DNA from: Candidatus Odinarchaeia archaeon
GTDB taxonomy: Archaea; Asgardarchaeota; Odinarchaeia; Odinarchaeales; Odinarchaeaceae
Assembly: GCA_029856525.1 (NCBI GenBank)
Contig: JAHQXC010000012.1
Span: 1-24,042 of the forward strand
DNA length: 24,042 bases
Reading direction: 5' to 3'
Shown here one piece after another: positions 9,852-17,603 of this stretch; the stretch's first letter is position 1, and every line of letters begins with the position of its first letter. Both the position numbers and the translations under genes were made by a program. Under the pieces are notes generated by a model. The model was not told the DNA's origin. It did no database searches and was given only the letters and a program-made list of their open reading frames with translations.

Positions 9852-10022
9852 GAAAACACCTCGATAGGATACTATACAATCAGGTATATAATGTTTAGCA
9901 GTGAACGCTAATAGAGTTCAACCAAAAATAAAGTTTAAAGAAACCATATTTTAATTTTTCCATTCAAATAGAGTAGAGTTTAAGTTGAGCGGAGTATTTA
10001 TTAATAGAAAAGTTATATTATA

Positions 10023-10043
10023 TTTCGTAGTAAAATTACATAA
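10023..10043 (+). promoter_or_regulatory. Near-palindromic operator-like site, copy 1 (TTTCGTAGTAAAATTACATAA)
   Basis: 19/21 identical to the reverse complement of 15722-15742. It lies just downstream of TATA-like TTATATTA (10013-10020) in the upstream region of the Pro-rich gene. Confidence 0.55.
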
Positions 10044-10132
10044 ATAATAGTAAGAAAAAATTAATATAACAGCGCTAAATAAGATTATATGAGTCTAGTA
10101 AAAATTTCAAGTTTAAAATTGAGGGGAATATC

Positions 10133-10744
10133 TTGGAAGATCAAACCCAGAAAGCAGTGCGAGTGTTAGCCAGGATAAAAGACTACTTTCTAGAAGCTAT
10201 AGACAAGTTTTCTAAAACAGTTAACGAGGCCACTAAAACACTCACAGACAGTTTAAAACGAATTGAAAAAGATTTAAAATCAATCGAGCTTGGCAGTCTA
10301 CCAGCCAGTGAAAAAACAACATCCACATCTGTGATAACCACTGTTCTAGCTAAAAGAGGAGAGATAATGACACCCGAAGACCTGTGGGCTTTACTATCAG
10401 GTAAACCTGTAACACAACCGGTTACAGTTCAACAAACACCACAACCCCAGCTTACACCGCCAACACCACCCACATTACAAATCCCAGAAGCTGAAGCCAC
10501 TCCAAAGATCACACCGCCGAAGGCGCCGGAGTTTAAGCCGGCTGCTCAAATCCCTCCTATAATTGAACCGCCCGCCGCTATACCGAAGGCAACTCCAACC
10601 GTAACAACACCAGCCGGCATACCTCAAATACCTTCAGAACCAGTAGAGGAGGCTACCGTAGACCAAACCTCAGTAAGCTCACTTAAAAATGAAATGCTAA
10701 AAGAGTTGAAACGGCTTAAAAAGCTTATGACAGGCATGACATAA
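10133..10744 (+). CDS. Hypothetical protein: N-terminal coiled coil, Pro/Thr-rich linker, C-terminal amphipathic helix
   Basis: 203-aa ORF with GAGGGG SD 6 nt before TTG. Heptad-like residues 5-52, about 30% Pro in residues 92-170, ending in SSLKNEMLKELKRLKKLMTGMT. Confidence 0.85.
   Translation: MEDQTQKAVRVLARIKDYFLEAIDKFSKTVNEATKTLTDSLKRIEKDLKSIELGSLPASEKTTSTSVITTVLAKRGEIMTPEDLWALLSGKPVTQPVTVQQTPQPQLTPPTPPTLQIPEAEATPKITPPKAPEFKPAAQIPPIIEPPAAIPKATPTVTTPAGIPQIPSEPVEEATVDQTSVSSLKNEMLKELKRLKKLMTGMT
10406..10642 (+). repeat. Low-complexity Pro/Thr-rich coding segment (degenerate TPP/IPP/xP repeats)
   Basis: 24 Pro in 79 residues, e.g. LTPPTPPT, ITPPKAP, QIPPIIEPPAAIP, GIPQIPSEP. Confidence 0.7.
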
Positions 10745-10779
10745 TAGAATAAAACGTATTTTAAACTTAACAGTGCTTC

Positions 10780-10800
10780 TCTAAAAGCTTTTAGAAAAAA
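10780..10800. terminator. Perfect 16-bp palindrome plus A6 tract between convergent genes; possible terminator or protein-binding site
   Basis: TCTAAAAGCTTTTAGA (10780-10795) is self-complementary. The A run at 10795-10800 is a T6 tract on the minus strand, downstream of the 96-aa gene. Confidence 0.35.
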
Positions 10801-10871
10801 TAGTTTAACAGACTCCCATGCTTAAAGCCTGTTTAAGATATAGTAGCGTAAATAGAAAGAGAATATAAAAT

Positions 10872-11162
10872 TCAACTAGCACACTCCAGTTTATAGCTTT
10901 CAGAACCGTGAGGTATATAGAATACATCCCCTCGCTTAATTATTATACTTCTAAAATACTGGGCTAAAGCTAGAAAAGCTTTAATAGGCGCATCATCTTC
11001 AGGTTCAACCTTCATCTCCACAATCCACGCAACCGCTCCGGGATTAATCTTTAAATCAGAAACAGTTTTCTCATCTAGTATAGGAATCTTCAACTCTGCG
11101 GCTAGATCAAAGACTTTCTTAACGAATAGTTTAACTTTTTCAACATCTTTAAATAAGGGCAT
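10872..11162 (-). CDS. Hypothetical protein (96 aa)
   Basis: ATG with GGTGG SD, AT-rich promoter-like upstream region, no overlap with other genes. No family recognised. Confidence 0.75.
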   Translation of the reverse strand: MPLFKDVEKVKLFVKKVFDLAAELKIPILDEKTVSDLKINPGAVAWIVEMKVEPEDDAPIKAFLALAQYFRSIIIKRGDVFYIPHGSESYKLECAS

Positions 11163-11277
11163 ACAACCACCAGGCGACTCTTCAAATTATAACATAGTTT
11201 TCTATTATAAAACCGGGTTTAAATAGACCTTTCTAATTATATAATTTAAAAAGTATTTAAATATTATTAAGAAATTT

Positions 11278-11937
11278 TTACTGAAGCTTCCGACGCTCCC
11301 CTGTAAACATGTATATCAGTCTACTGCCTATATTACAAGCGTGGTCAGCCATTCTCTCAAGGTATCTGGCAACTAACATAAGATCAGTGGCATCGGATAT
11401 AACACGCGGATTCTCTATCATCATAGAAACAAGTTCACGGTAAACCTGATACCATAAAGCATCCACTTCATTATCTTTCTCAGAAAGTTTTTCAACGCAT
11501 TCCAGTACTTTACTCTGCTCAAGCGCGTCCAGAGTACATCTAATCATCTCCTGAGCCAGCTTACTCATCCTCGGAATATCTATTAAAGGCTTTATTAAAG
11601 GCTTATCAAGCGTTTGCTTAGTTATTCTAGCAATATTAGAGGCTAAATCACTGATCCTATCGAAGTCGCCTATAATCCTTAAATACGAGATAATCGCTCT
11701 CAGATCGTCAGCTACAGGCTGCTGGCGGACTATAAGTTGAATACAGGTTTCTTCGATTCGAAGCTCATAGTCGTCGATTCTAGCAGCCTCAGTTAAAACT
11801 TTATCAGCTAAAGAAGCGTCCTTATTAGCTAAGCTTAACACGGCGATATCTATAAGACTAGCCGCCAGCTCACCCATTTTAATAACGCTTTTAGTTAAAT
11901 TAGCCAGCTCCTGGTAGTATCGCTTTCTAACCTGCAT
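11278..11937 (-). CDS. phoU: Phosphate transport system regulator PhoU
   Basis: Two PhoU repeats: IDDYE...QQPVADDLR...DFDRISDLASNIA and DNEVDAL...ARYLERMADHACNI. Downstream of pstB. Confidence 0.96.
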   Translation of the reverse strand: MQVRKRYYQELANLTKSVIKMGELAASLIDIAVLSLANKDASLADKVLTEAARIDDYELRIEETCIQLIVRQQPVADDLRAIISYLRIIGDFDRISDLASNIARITKQTLDKPLIKPLIDIPRMSKLAQEMIRCTLDALEQSKVLECVEKLSEKDNEVDALWYQVYRELVSMMIENPRVISDATDLMLVARYLERMADHACNIGSRLIYMFTGERRKLQ

Positions 11938-11973
11938 TTAAATCCACCTTAAAAGAGAATTGAAAACATATTT

Positions 11974-12783
11974 TTAACCAAACCTCCCGGTTATATAAGC
12001 TTTAGTCTTCTCCTCTCTAGGCCGCTCGAATATTATACTAGTAGGACCGAATTCTACAAGCTCCCCCATATATAGAAACGCGGTGTAATCTGATACGCGA
12101 GCCGCCTGCTGCATGTTATGAGTAACTATTACTATGGTGAGAGATTCTTTAAGATCTAACATAAGATCCTCTATTTTAGCCGTGGATACAGGGTCTAAAG
12201 CAGAACACGGCTCGTCCATTAAAAGCACTTCAGGGTTGACTGCTAAAGCTCGAGCGATGCAAAGCCGCTGCTGTTGGCCTCCTGAAAGACTTAAAGCGTT
12301 ATCCTTCAAACGGTCTTTAACCTCATCCCATAATGCTGCACGCTCTAAGCTTTCCTGAACTATTCTATAAAGTTTAGATTTACTTCTCACACCGTGAATT
12401 AGAGGACCGTAAGCCACGTTCTCGAAAATAGATTTAGGGAAGGGATTAGGTTTCTGAAAAACCATGCCAATCCGTCTTCGAAGCTCGACAACATCCACAT
12501 CGTCGCCTATAATATTATATCCGTCAAATAGAATTTCACCTTCAACACGAGCGTTATCTAGATCACACATTCTGTTAAAAGTTCGAATCAGCGTGGTTTT
12601 ACCGCAGCCTGAAGGTCCGATAATCGCGGTTATCCTGTTCCTCTTAATCTCTAAGTTAATAGACTTCAAAACATGAGTGGAACCGAACCATAGGTTAAGA
12701 TTTCTAACCGAGATAACGCTTGGCAGTGCTTTAAAATCCTCCTGTATGAGAAACTCTTTAAGCCAGTCGTCGTCTACAAGCAT
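11974..12783 (-). CDS. pstB: Phosphate ABC transporter ATP-binding protein
   Basis: Walker [72 protein letters not shown]. Confidence 0.97.
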   Translation of the reverse strand: MLVDDDWLKEFLIQEDFKALPSVISVRNLNLWFGSTHVLKSINLEIKRNRITAIIGPSGCGKTTLIRTFNRMCDLDNARVEGEILFDGYNIIGDDVDVVELRRRIGMVFQKPNPFPKSIFENVAYGPLIHGVRSKSKLYRIVQESLERAALWDEVKDRLKDNALSLSGGQQQRLCIARALAVNPEVLLMDEPCSALDPVSTAKIEDLMLDLKESLTIVIVTHNMQQAARVSDYTAFLYMGELVEFGPTSIIFERPREEKTKAYITGRFG

Positions 12784-12793
12784 CTTCCACCAC

Positions 12794-13657
12794 CTATGAA
12801 GACCTCACCGCTTCAAGTCTTCTTCTAGCCTTGTTTCTAATATAAATCGCTAAAATATTAAGAGAGGTGATTAAAGCTAATAGAATAAGACAGGCGGCGA
12901 AAGCGATCGGCAGCGTGTATTCTAAACCGGTTGATTGAAGAGTTAAATTATATATTGTAAACGGTAAAGCCATGGAAGGAGCTAAAGGAGAGAAAACGAA
13001 GCCGGATAATCCCACAGCGTAAACGAATAGAATAGGCGCGGTCTCACCTCCAGCTCTGCTTAAACCTAGTATGCCACCTGTCATAATCCCGGAGATCGCG
13101 TTAGGTAACACGTGATCTCTTATAGTCTGCCACTTAGTAGCTCCGACAGCTAAAGCAGCTTCCCGATAGCTCTTAGGAACAGATAAAAGCGCCTCCTGGG
13201 AAGCTGATATAATAACCGGTAGAGTCAGCAGAGAGAGGGTTAAAGCGGCTACAACAGCTGATTTAGGGAAGCGTAAAATAATTAGAAAGAATACGAATCC
13301 GAAAACACCGTATATAATAGAAGGGAGACTAGCCAACGTGTTAATCGCCATTCTAATAATCTTTGTGAAAAGATTATCTTTAGCGTATTCTACAAGGTAG
13401 ATTGCAGCTAACACACCTATCGGAAGACTGAAGATTATAGTGAAAACCATAACGTAAATTGAGCCTAAAATAGCAGGGCCTATACCGTAAGAGTCATAGC
13501 TACCTGGGGTTGGAGCGCCTAGTAGACTCGGCTTCAACGCAGGGATAGCGTAGAAGATAATAGTGCCTACAATCCAGCCTAGAAAAATTAAAGGTATAGC
13601 AGCAACCACGCGCATAACCCAGAAATACAGTTTCTGCTTAGAATACTTTGAAATCAA
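12794..13657 (-). CDS. pstA: Phosphate ABC transporter permease PstA
   Basis: Multiple TM segments, [22 protein letters not shown] motif [23 protein letters not shown]. Confidence 0.95.
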   Translation of the reverse strand: MISKYSKQKLYFWVMRVVAAIPLIFLGWIVGTIIFYAIPALKPSLLGAPTPGSYDSYGIGPAILGSIYVMVFTIIFSLPIGVLAAIYLVEYAKDNLFTKIIRMAINTLASLPSIIYGVFGFVFFLIILRFPKSAVVAALTLSLLTLPVIISASQEALLSVPKSYREAALAVGATKWQTIRDHVLPNAISGIMTGGILGLSRAGGETAPILFVYAVGLSGFVFSPLAPSMALPFTIYNLTLQSTGLEYTLPIAFAACLILLALITSLNILAIYIRNKARRRLEAVRSS

Positions 13658-14610
13658 CGCCTAATCCTCCAACCGATTTTCTTAGAAACCACGGAGGTAG
13701 CCACCCAGTTAACTAGCAGCGTGATGATTAAAAGAACCAGGGCGACTGCGAAAATTGAATGATACCATGTCGACCCGATAGCTACTTCACCGAAATCTCT
13801 CGCTATTAAAGCAGTCATAGCGAGAATAGACTGCAAAGGGTTAAACGCTAATAGAGGGCTGTTACCTGTGGCCATTAAAACCGCCATAGTCTCGCCGATA
13901 GCTCGGCCGAAACCTAATAAAATCGCGGTTAAAACACCAGGCTTAGCCGCCGGTAGAGTAATATTTCTAAGAGTCTCCCATTCAGATGAGCCTAAAGCTA
14001 AAGCAGCCTCCTTATACTCTTTTGGAACAGCTGTCAGAGAATCCTCAGAGATACTTATAATAGTAGGTAAAGCCATCACCGCTAATATTATCGCACCGTT
14101 TAAAGCGTTAAGCCTCGTCACCACAGCTTCACCGAATAACGTTGATAAAACAGAAGCCAGTACGACGAGCGCGAAGAAACCGTAGACAACGGAGGGGATA
14201 CCGGCTAGGATTTCAATTAAAGGCTTCAATATACTACGCTCCAGTTTACGCGCAACCTGAGAAATATACATCGCGGTTACAACACCTACAGGGACAGCTA
14301 TAGCTAAAGCCATCACTGTTATAAAGAAGCTACCCCACAGGGACGGGAGCAAGCCATATTGAGGGTTAGTTGGAGAGTCAGGACGCCAAACAATGTTTAA
14401 AAAGAATTCTAAAGGGTTAACTTGGAGAAAGAAGGGAACCGCCTCGTAAATAATATATGCGAATATTAAAACTACGAATATAACTGCGAAGAGACCGGCT
14501 GCTAAGAGAGCTTTCTCGATTAAAAACTCTACCCAGCTCCTCCTCGAACGAGAGGGATTCAACAACCCTGAAACCCGTCTATTATTACCGGTCTGGGATA
14601 CGTTCCCCAT
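13654..14610 (-). CDS. pstC: Phosphate ABC transporter permease PstC
   Basis: LAGIPSVVYGFF, KEAALALGSSEWET, GRAIGETMAVLMATGN. Confidence 0.95.
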   Translation of the reverse strand: MGNVSQTGNNRRVSGLLNPSRSRRSWVEFLIEKALLAAGLFAVIFVVLIFAYIIYEAVPFFLQVNPLEFFLNIVWRPDSPTNPQYGLLPSLWGSFFITVMALAIAVPVGVVTAMYISQVARKLERSILKPLIEILAGIPSVVYGFFALVVLASVLSTLFGEAVVTRLNALNGAIILAVMALPTIISISEDSLTAVPKEYKEAALALGSSEWETLRNITLPAAKPGVLTAILLGFGRAIGETMAVLMATGNSPLLAFNPLQSILAMTALIARDFGEVAIGSTWYHSIFAVALVLLIITLLVNWVATSVVSKKIGWRIRR

Positions 14611-14766
14611 TTAAATTCACACCAATCTTATTACAAAAAACAATAAAAGGGAACAAGTATATTAATTTTTATCTTAAAAATTCAGCGAGAATAAATTTTA
14701 GACGTGGCTTCCCGTAAATTTTATATCTTTTTTAAAATCTTAGTTCACTTAGAGGCTGGTGAATTT

Positions 14767-15690
14767 ATGGAGATAGATGATTTACAAGTCGGTTTCGGCA
14801 GGCGGACGCTGATTCTAATATTTATCTGCGCTCTAGGAGGAGGGTTTATAGGAGGCTTCTTTCTAGGCGCGTATATTGGACCTGGAGGAGTGGGAGGGTT
14901 CAGCGCTCAAATAAATATTGAAGGATCTAACACGTTATTCGAATTACAGCAAACATGGGCGTATTATTATATGCAATATAATCCTGGTGTGAATATTATT
15001 GTAGGCGGCTCCGGAACCTCTGTTGGAATAAGCCAGCTTATAAACGGGATTATAGATATAGCTGACGCCTCAAGGCTTCCAAAACAATCCGAGTATGATC
15101 TCGCGGCTAGTAAAGGGGTGAGTTTACATGTAACCCCTGTCTGCATCGACGGAATAGTTATAATAGTCCACCCCTCCAATCCCATCAGCAATATAAGCTT
15201 TAGTATTCTAAGAGGAATCTACAACGGCTCTATAACTCAGTGGAGCCAGGTAGACCCTGCTCTTTCAACTCTAGGCGCGATAGTAGCTTATTCACGTGAC
15301 CCGTCTTCAGGAACATACGGTTACTTTCAAGAACATGTTATGGGTAACGACGACTATGCTAGTAGCGTTCAGCCTTTAGCAGGTAACTCCGCGATTATTT
15401 CAGCTGTAGCAGCAGATCCGAGGGGTATAGGCTACGTTGGCGCAGCTTACGCTCAAACCTCTAGTGTGAAAGTTATCTCAGTAAACGATCCTAATACAGG
15501 TATCCCTGTTGAGCCGAGTTTCGAGAATATTAAAAGCTTCACTTACCCTATTGCTAGATATCTTTACGTGATTACAAACGGGGTTCCCAGAGGCTATATA
15601 GCGGCTTATATTGATTGGTGTCTTGGGCCTGAAGGCCAGGTGATAGCTAATAATACAGGTTATCTTCCAGTGTACTCTTTGCCTGTGTAG
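14767..15690 (+). CDS. pstS: Phosphate ABC transporter substrate-binding protein, N-terminally membrane anchored
   Basis: IEGSNT, GSGTSVG, DIADASR, IVIIVHPSN, YSRDPSSGTYGYF, IGYVG, YPIARYLY. Start set at ATG 14767 (GGTG 5 nt upstream) rather than GTG 14704. Confidence 0.95.
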   Translation: MEIDDLQVGFGRRTLILIFICALGGGFIGGFFLGAYIGPGGVGGFSAQINIEGSNTLFELQQTWAYYYMQYNPGVNIIVGGSGTSVGISQLINGIIDIADASRLPKQSEYDLAASKGVSLHVTPVCIDGIVIIVHPSNPISNISFSILRGIYNGSITQWSQVDPALSTLGAIVAYSRDPSSGTYGYFQEHVMGNDDYASSVQPLAGNSAIISAVAADPRGIGYVGAAYAQTSSVKVISVNDPNTGIPVEPSFENIKSFTYPIARYLYVITNGVPRGYIAAYIDWCLGPEGQVIANNTGYLPVYSLPV

Positions 15691-15721
15691 TAAGGTTTTT
15701 ATATAAATAATTTATAATAAA

Positions 15722-15742
15722 TTATGTAGTTTTACTACAAAA
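15722..15742 (-). promoter_or_regulatory. Palindromic operator-like site, copy 2 (core TGTAGT-TTT-ACTACA)
   Basis: Perfect 6-3-6 inverted repeat at 15725-15739, just downstream of TATA-like TTTATAAT (15711-15718) and just upstream of the longin-like gene start. Confidence 0.6.
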
Positions 15743-15753
15743 TTGTGATTGAA

Positions 15754-16197
15754 ATGTTGAATGGACAGGAAAAAAATCAATGCGAACCGAAACATAGAGT
15801 TGAAGCAATCTACATACTAGATAAAACAGGAAGCATACTAGCCTCATACAATAATAGTAAAGTAAGCGTAAAACTACTAGAAGCTATAAAAAACAGTTAC
15901 GATAAGAAAATGAAAAACAGAAAATTAAACAGCTACAAGCTAAACTGCCATAAAATATGGTATATTAAAGAAGGAAACATAGTTTTCAGCATGCTCACAA
16001 CCAGCAGTCTACCGGAAAAAGTTAGCAGGCATATATTAAAATTGATTAGAAAACCATTCCTTCAAGGATTCAAAGAAAACCTGGAAGTATACTATAAACA
16101 GAGGAGAATCATCCAATCATATGAGGAGATATTAAAAGGATGCTGCTACCCGTTATTCATAGAAATACTTGTAAAAGAATTAAACGGAGAAGAATAG
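15754..16197 (+). CDS. Longin/roadblock-like small domain protein (sigma-adaptin-like pattern)
   Basis: VEAIYILDKTGSILASY (beta hairpin), a helix, then SYKLNCHKIWYIKEGNIVFSMLT (three strands) and LPEKVSRHILKLIRKPF (helix). This is the longin beta-beta-alpha-beta-beta-beta-alpha-alpha order. GTG 15745 is an alternative start. Confidence 0.65.
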   Translation: MLNGQEKNQCEPKHRVEAIYILDKTGSILASYNNSKVSVKLLEAIKNSYDKKMKNRKLNSYKLNCHKIWYIKEGNIVFSMLTTSSLPEKVSRHILKLIRKPFLQGFKENLEVYYKQRRIIQSYEEILKGCCYPLFIEILVKELNGEE

Positions 16198-16233
16198 TGA
16201 AAAAACCTTATAATATGTTAGAAGAGTGATCAC

Positions 16234-16896
16234 TTGACCGCGATGAAAGAAAGCGAAGAGAAAAATTTGAAAACACTGATTAAACCAGTCGCGGTTATCA
16301 TCATAATAGTAGGCGCGATAGGAGTAGGATACTTCTCACTTACAACATACCTTGGAAGCAGCACCCCTATAGTAGTAGTCACATCAGAGAGCATGCACCC
16401 AGTCTACTGGGAGGGAGACATATTATTCGTTAAATATGCGACACCCGACGAGATAACAATCGGAACAGATATAGTCTTCCACGCTACCTGGATACCGGCG
16501 TCAGACCCGAACGCGAATATACCGGTAGTTCACCGCGTAATAGATAAAAGACTGATAAACGGGGAATGGTATTTCTGGACTCAGGGAGTAAACCCTGAGA
16601 CAAACCCTTACCCTGACCCGGAGCCTACACCATACTCTAATGTAATAGGTAAAGTCGTTTTCACCATACCGAGAATAGGCTTACCCCTAGTAGTATTAAG
16701 ACCGGTAGCCGGCTACCTTCAATACTTACTGATAACAATAGTAGTCATATTAATCGTTTACATATTATACGATTACTATAAGCCAGACGGGAAAAACAGG
16801 CAGGTTAAAAATGAGAGAACACTGTGGACGGAGGAAGAGCTTAAAGAAACAGAGAAGATAGCTGGAAACCGGATTAAAGATGAAAGAGAAGAATAA
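16234..16896 (+). CDS. sec11: Signal peptidase I, archaeal/ER Sec11 type (S26B)
   Basis: N-terminal TM, VVTSESMHP (catalytic Ser), GDILFV, VVHRV (catalytic His), GKVVFTIPRIG, C-terminal TM. Confidence 0.93.
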   Translation: MTAMKESEEKNLKTLIKPVAVIIIIVGAIGVGYFSLTTYLGSSTPIVVVTSESMHPVYWEGDILFVKYATPDEITIGTDIVFHATWIPASDPNANIPVVHRVIDKRLINGEWYFWTQGVNPETNPYPDPEPTPYSNVIGKVVFTIPRIGLPLVVLRPVAGYLQYLLITIVVILIVYILYDYYKPDGKNRQVKNERTLWTEEELKETEKIAGNRIKDEREE

Positions 16897-17592
16897 TCAG
16901 CGAGTTGAAGCCCCGAATCTCCTCCTATAATCCTGGAATAACCGGTATTCTCTATCAGATACGATCACCCGCCCGTCAACCTGCTTATTATAAAGATATT
17001 CGAAGACATCGCTAACCTTTAAAAGAGAGTATAAGGGAACACCTTCATCTCTTAAAACATCCCCGCTATATCTGCCATCCTCCCCGATCTCCTCTCGATC
17101 TAACAGGATCAGCACACCTTGAAAACGTAAATCATAATCTTTGAAAACATCTCTAAGCCTACGAATTAAATCGATTTTAGTCCCCCCTGTTGTAGCCACA
17201 TCATCCACTAAAAGCAGCCGATCACCCTTACGCAGCTCTCCTACAAACCATTTTTCAGCTGACACACCGTAAGACTTCTCCTCCTTCCGGTCATAACCCC
17301 ACCGGACGTTCAAATTAAGCTTACTGTAAAGCAGCATTGATATAACAGCCGCTAAAGGTATAGCTTTATAAGCAGGCCCTAAAATGAAATCGAATCCAAC
17401 ACCGCTCATAAAATCTAATATTCCTTGAAGATAAAACTCACCTATTCTTAGAAGACCATCCCCGCTGTCGATAGCCTTCGCTATGTTAAAGAAGAAAGGG
17501 GATAAGCGACCGCTTTTAAGCTTAAACTCCCCGAATAAGAGAGCACCACGTCTAGCTAAAAACTCTGTAAGCTTAATCTGCCATTCCTTCAA
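16897..17592 (-). CDS. pyrE: Orotate phosphoribosyltransferase
   Basis: FGEFKLKSGRLSPFFFN, GPAYKAIP, DRKEEKSYG, PRPP motif LLVDDVATTGGT. Start moved to TTG 17592 (GGTGGTGGAG upstream). Confidence 0.95.
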   Translation of the reverse strand: MKEWQIKLTEFLARRGALLFGEFKLKSGRLSPFFFNIAKAIDSGDGLLRIGEFYLQGILDFMSGVGFDFILGPAYKAIPLAAVISMLLYSKLNLNVRWGYDRKEEKSYGVSAEKWFVGELRKGDRLLLVDDVATTGGTKIDLIRRLRDVFKDYDLRFQGVLILLDREEIGEDGRYSGDVLRDEGVPLYSLLKVSDVFEYLYNKQVDGRVIVSDREYRLFQDYRRRFGASTR

Positions 17593-17603
17593 CTCCACCA
17601 CCA

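Noticed and set aside
9852-10132. 281-bp intergenic region as an ncRNA, replication origin or CRISPR leader
   Set aside because: Very AT-rich, with no GC-rich stems, C/D boxes, ORB-like motifs or repeat-spacer pattern. It is explained by two divergent promoters.
10089-10169. Small upstream ORF MSLVKISSLKLRGISWKIKPRKQCEC overlapping the Pro-rich gene start
   Set aside because: No SD and no homology recognised. The downstream TTG at 10133 has a well-spaced SD of its own.
14663-14723. TAAATTTTA direct repeats (14692, 14715) and a variant at 14663 in the pstC/pstS divergent region, as a Pho-box analogue
   Set aside because: All-A/T low-information repeats in AT-rich promoter DNA cannot be distinguished from TATA/BRE elements or chance.
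14794-14823. Twin-arginine-like FGRRTLILIF at the PstS N-terminus
   Set aside because: Poor match to S/T-R-R-x-F-L-K. It is more simply the positive charge preceding an N-terminal membrane anchor.
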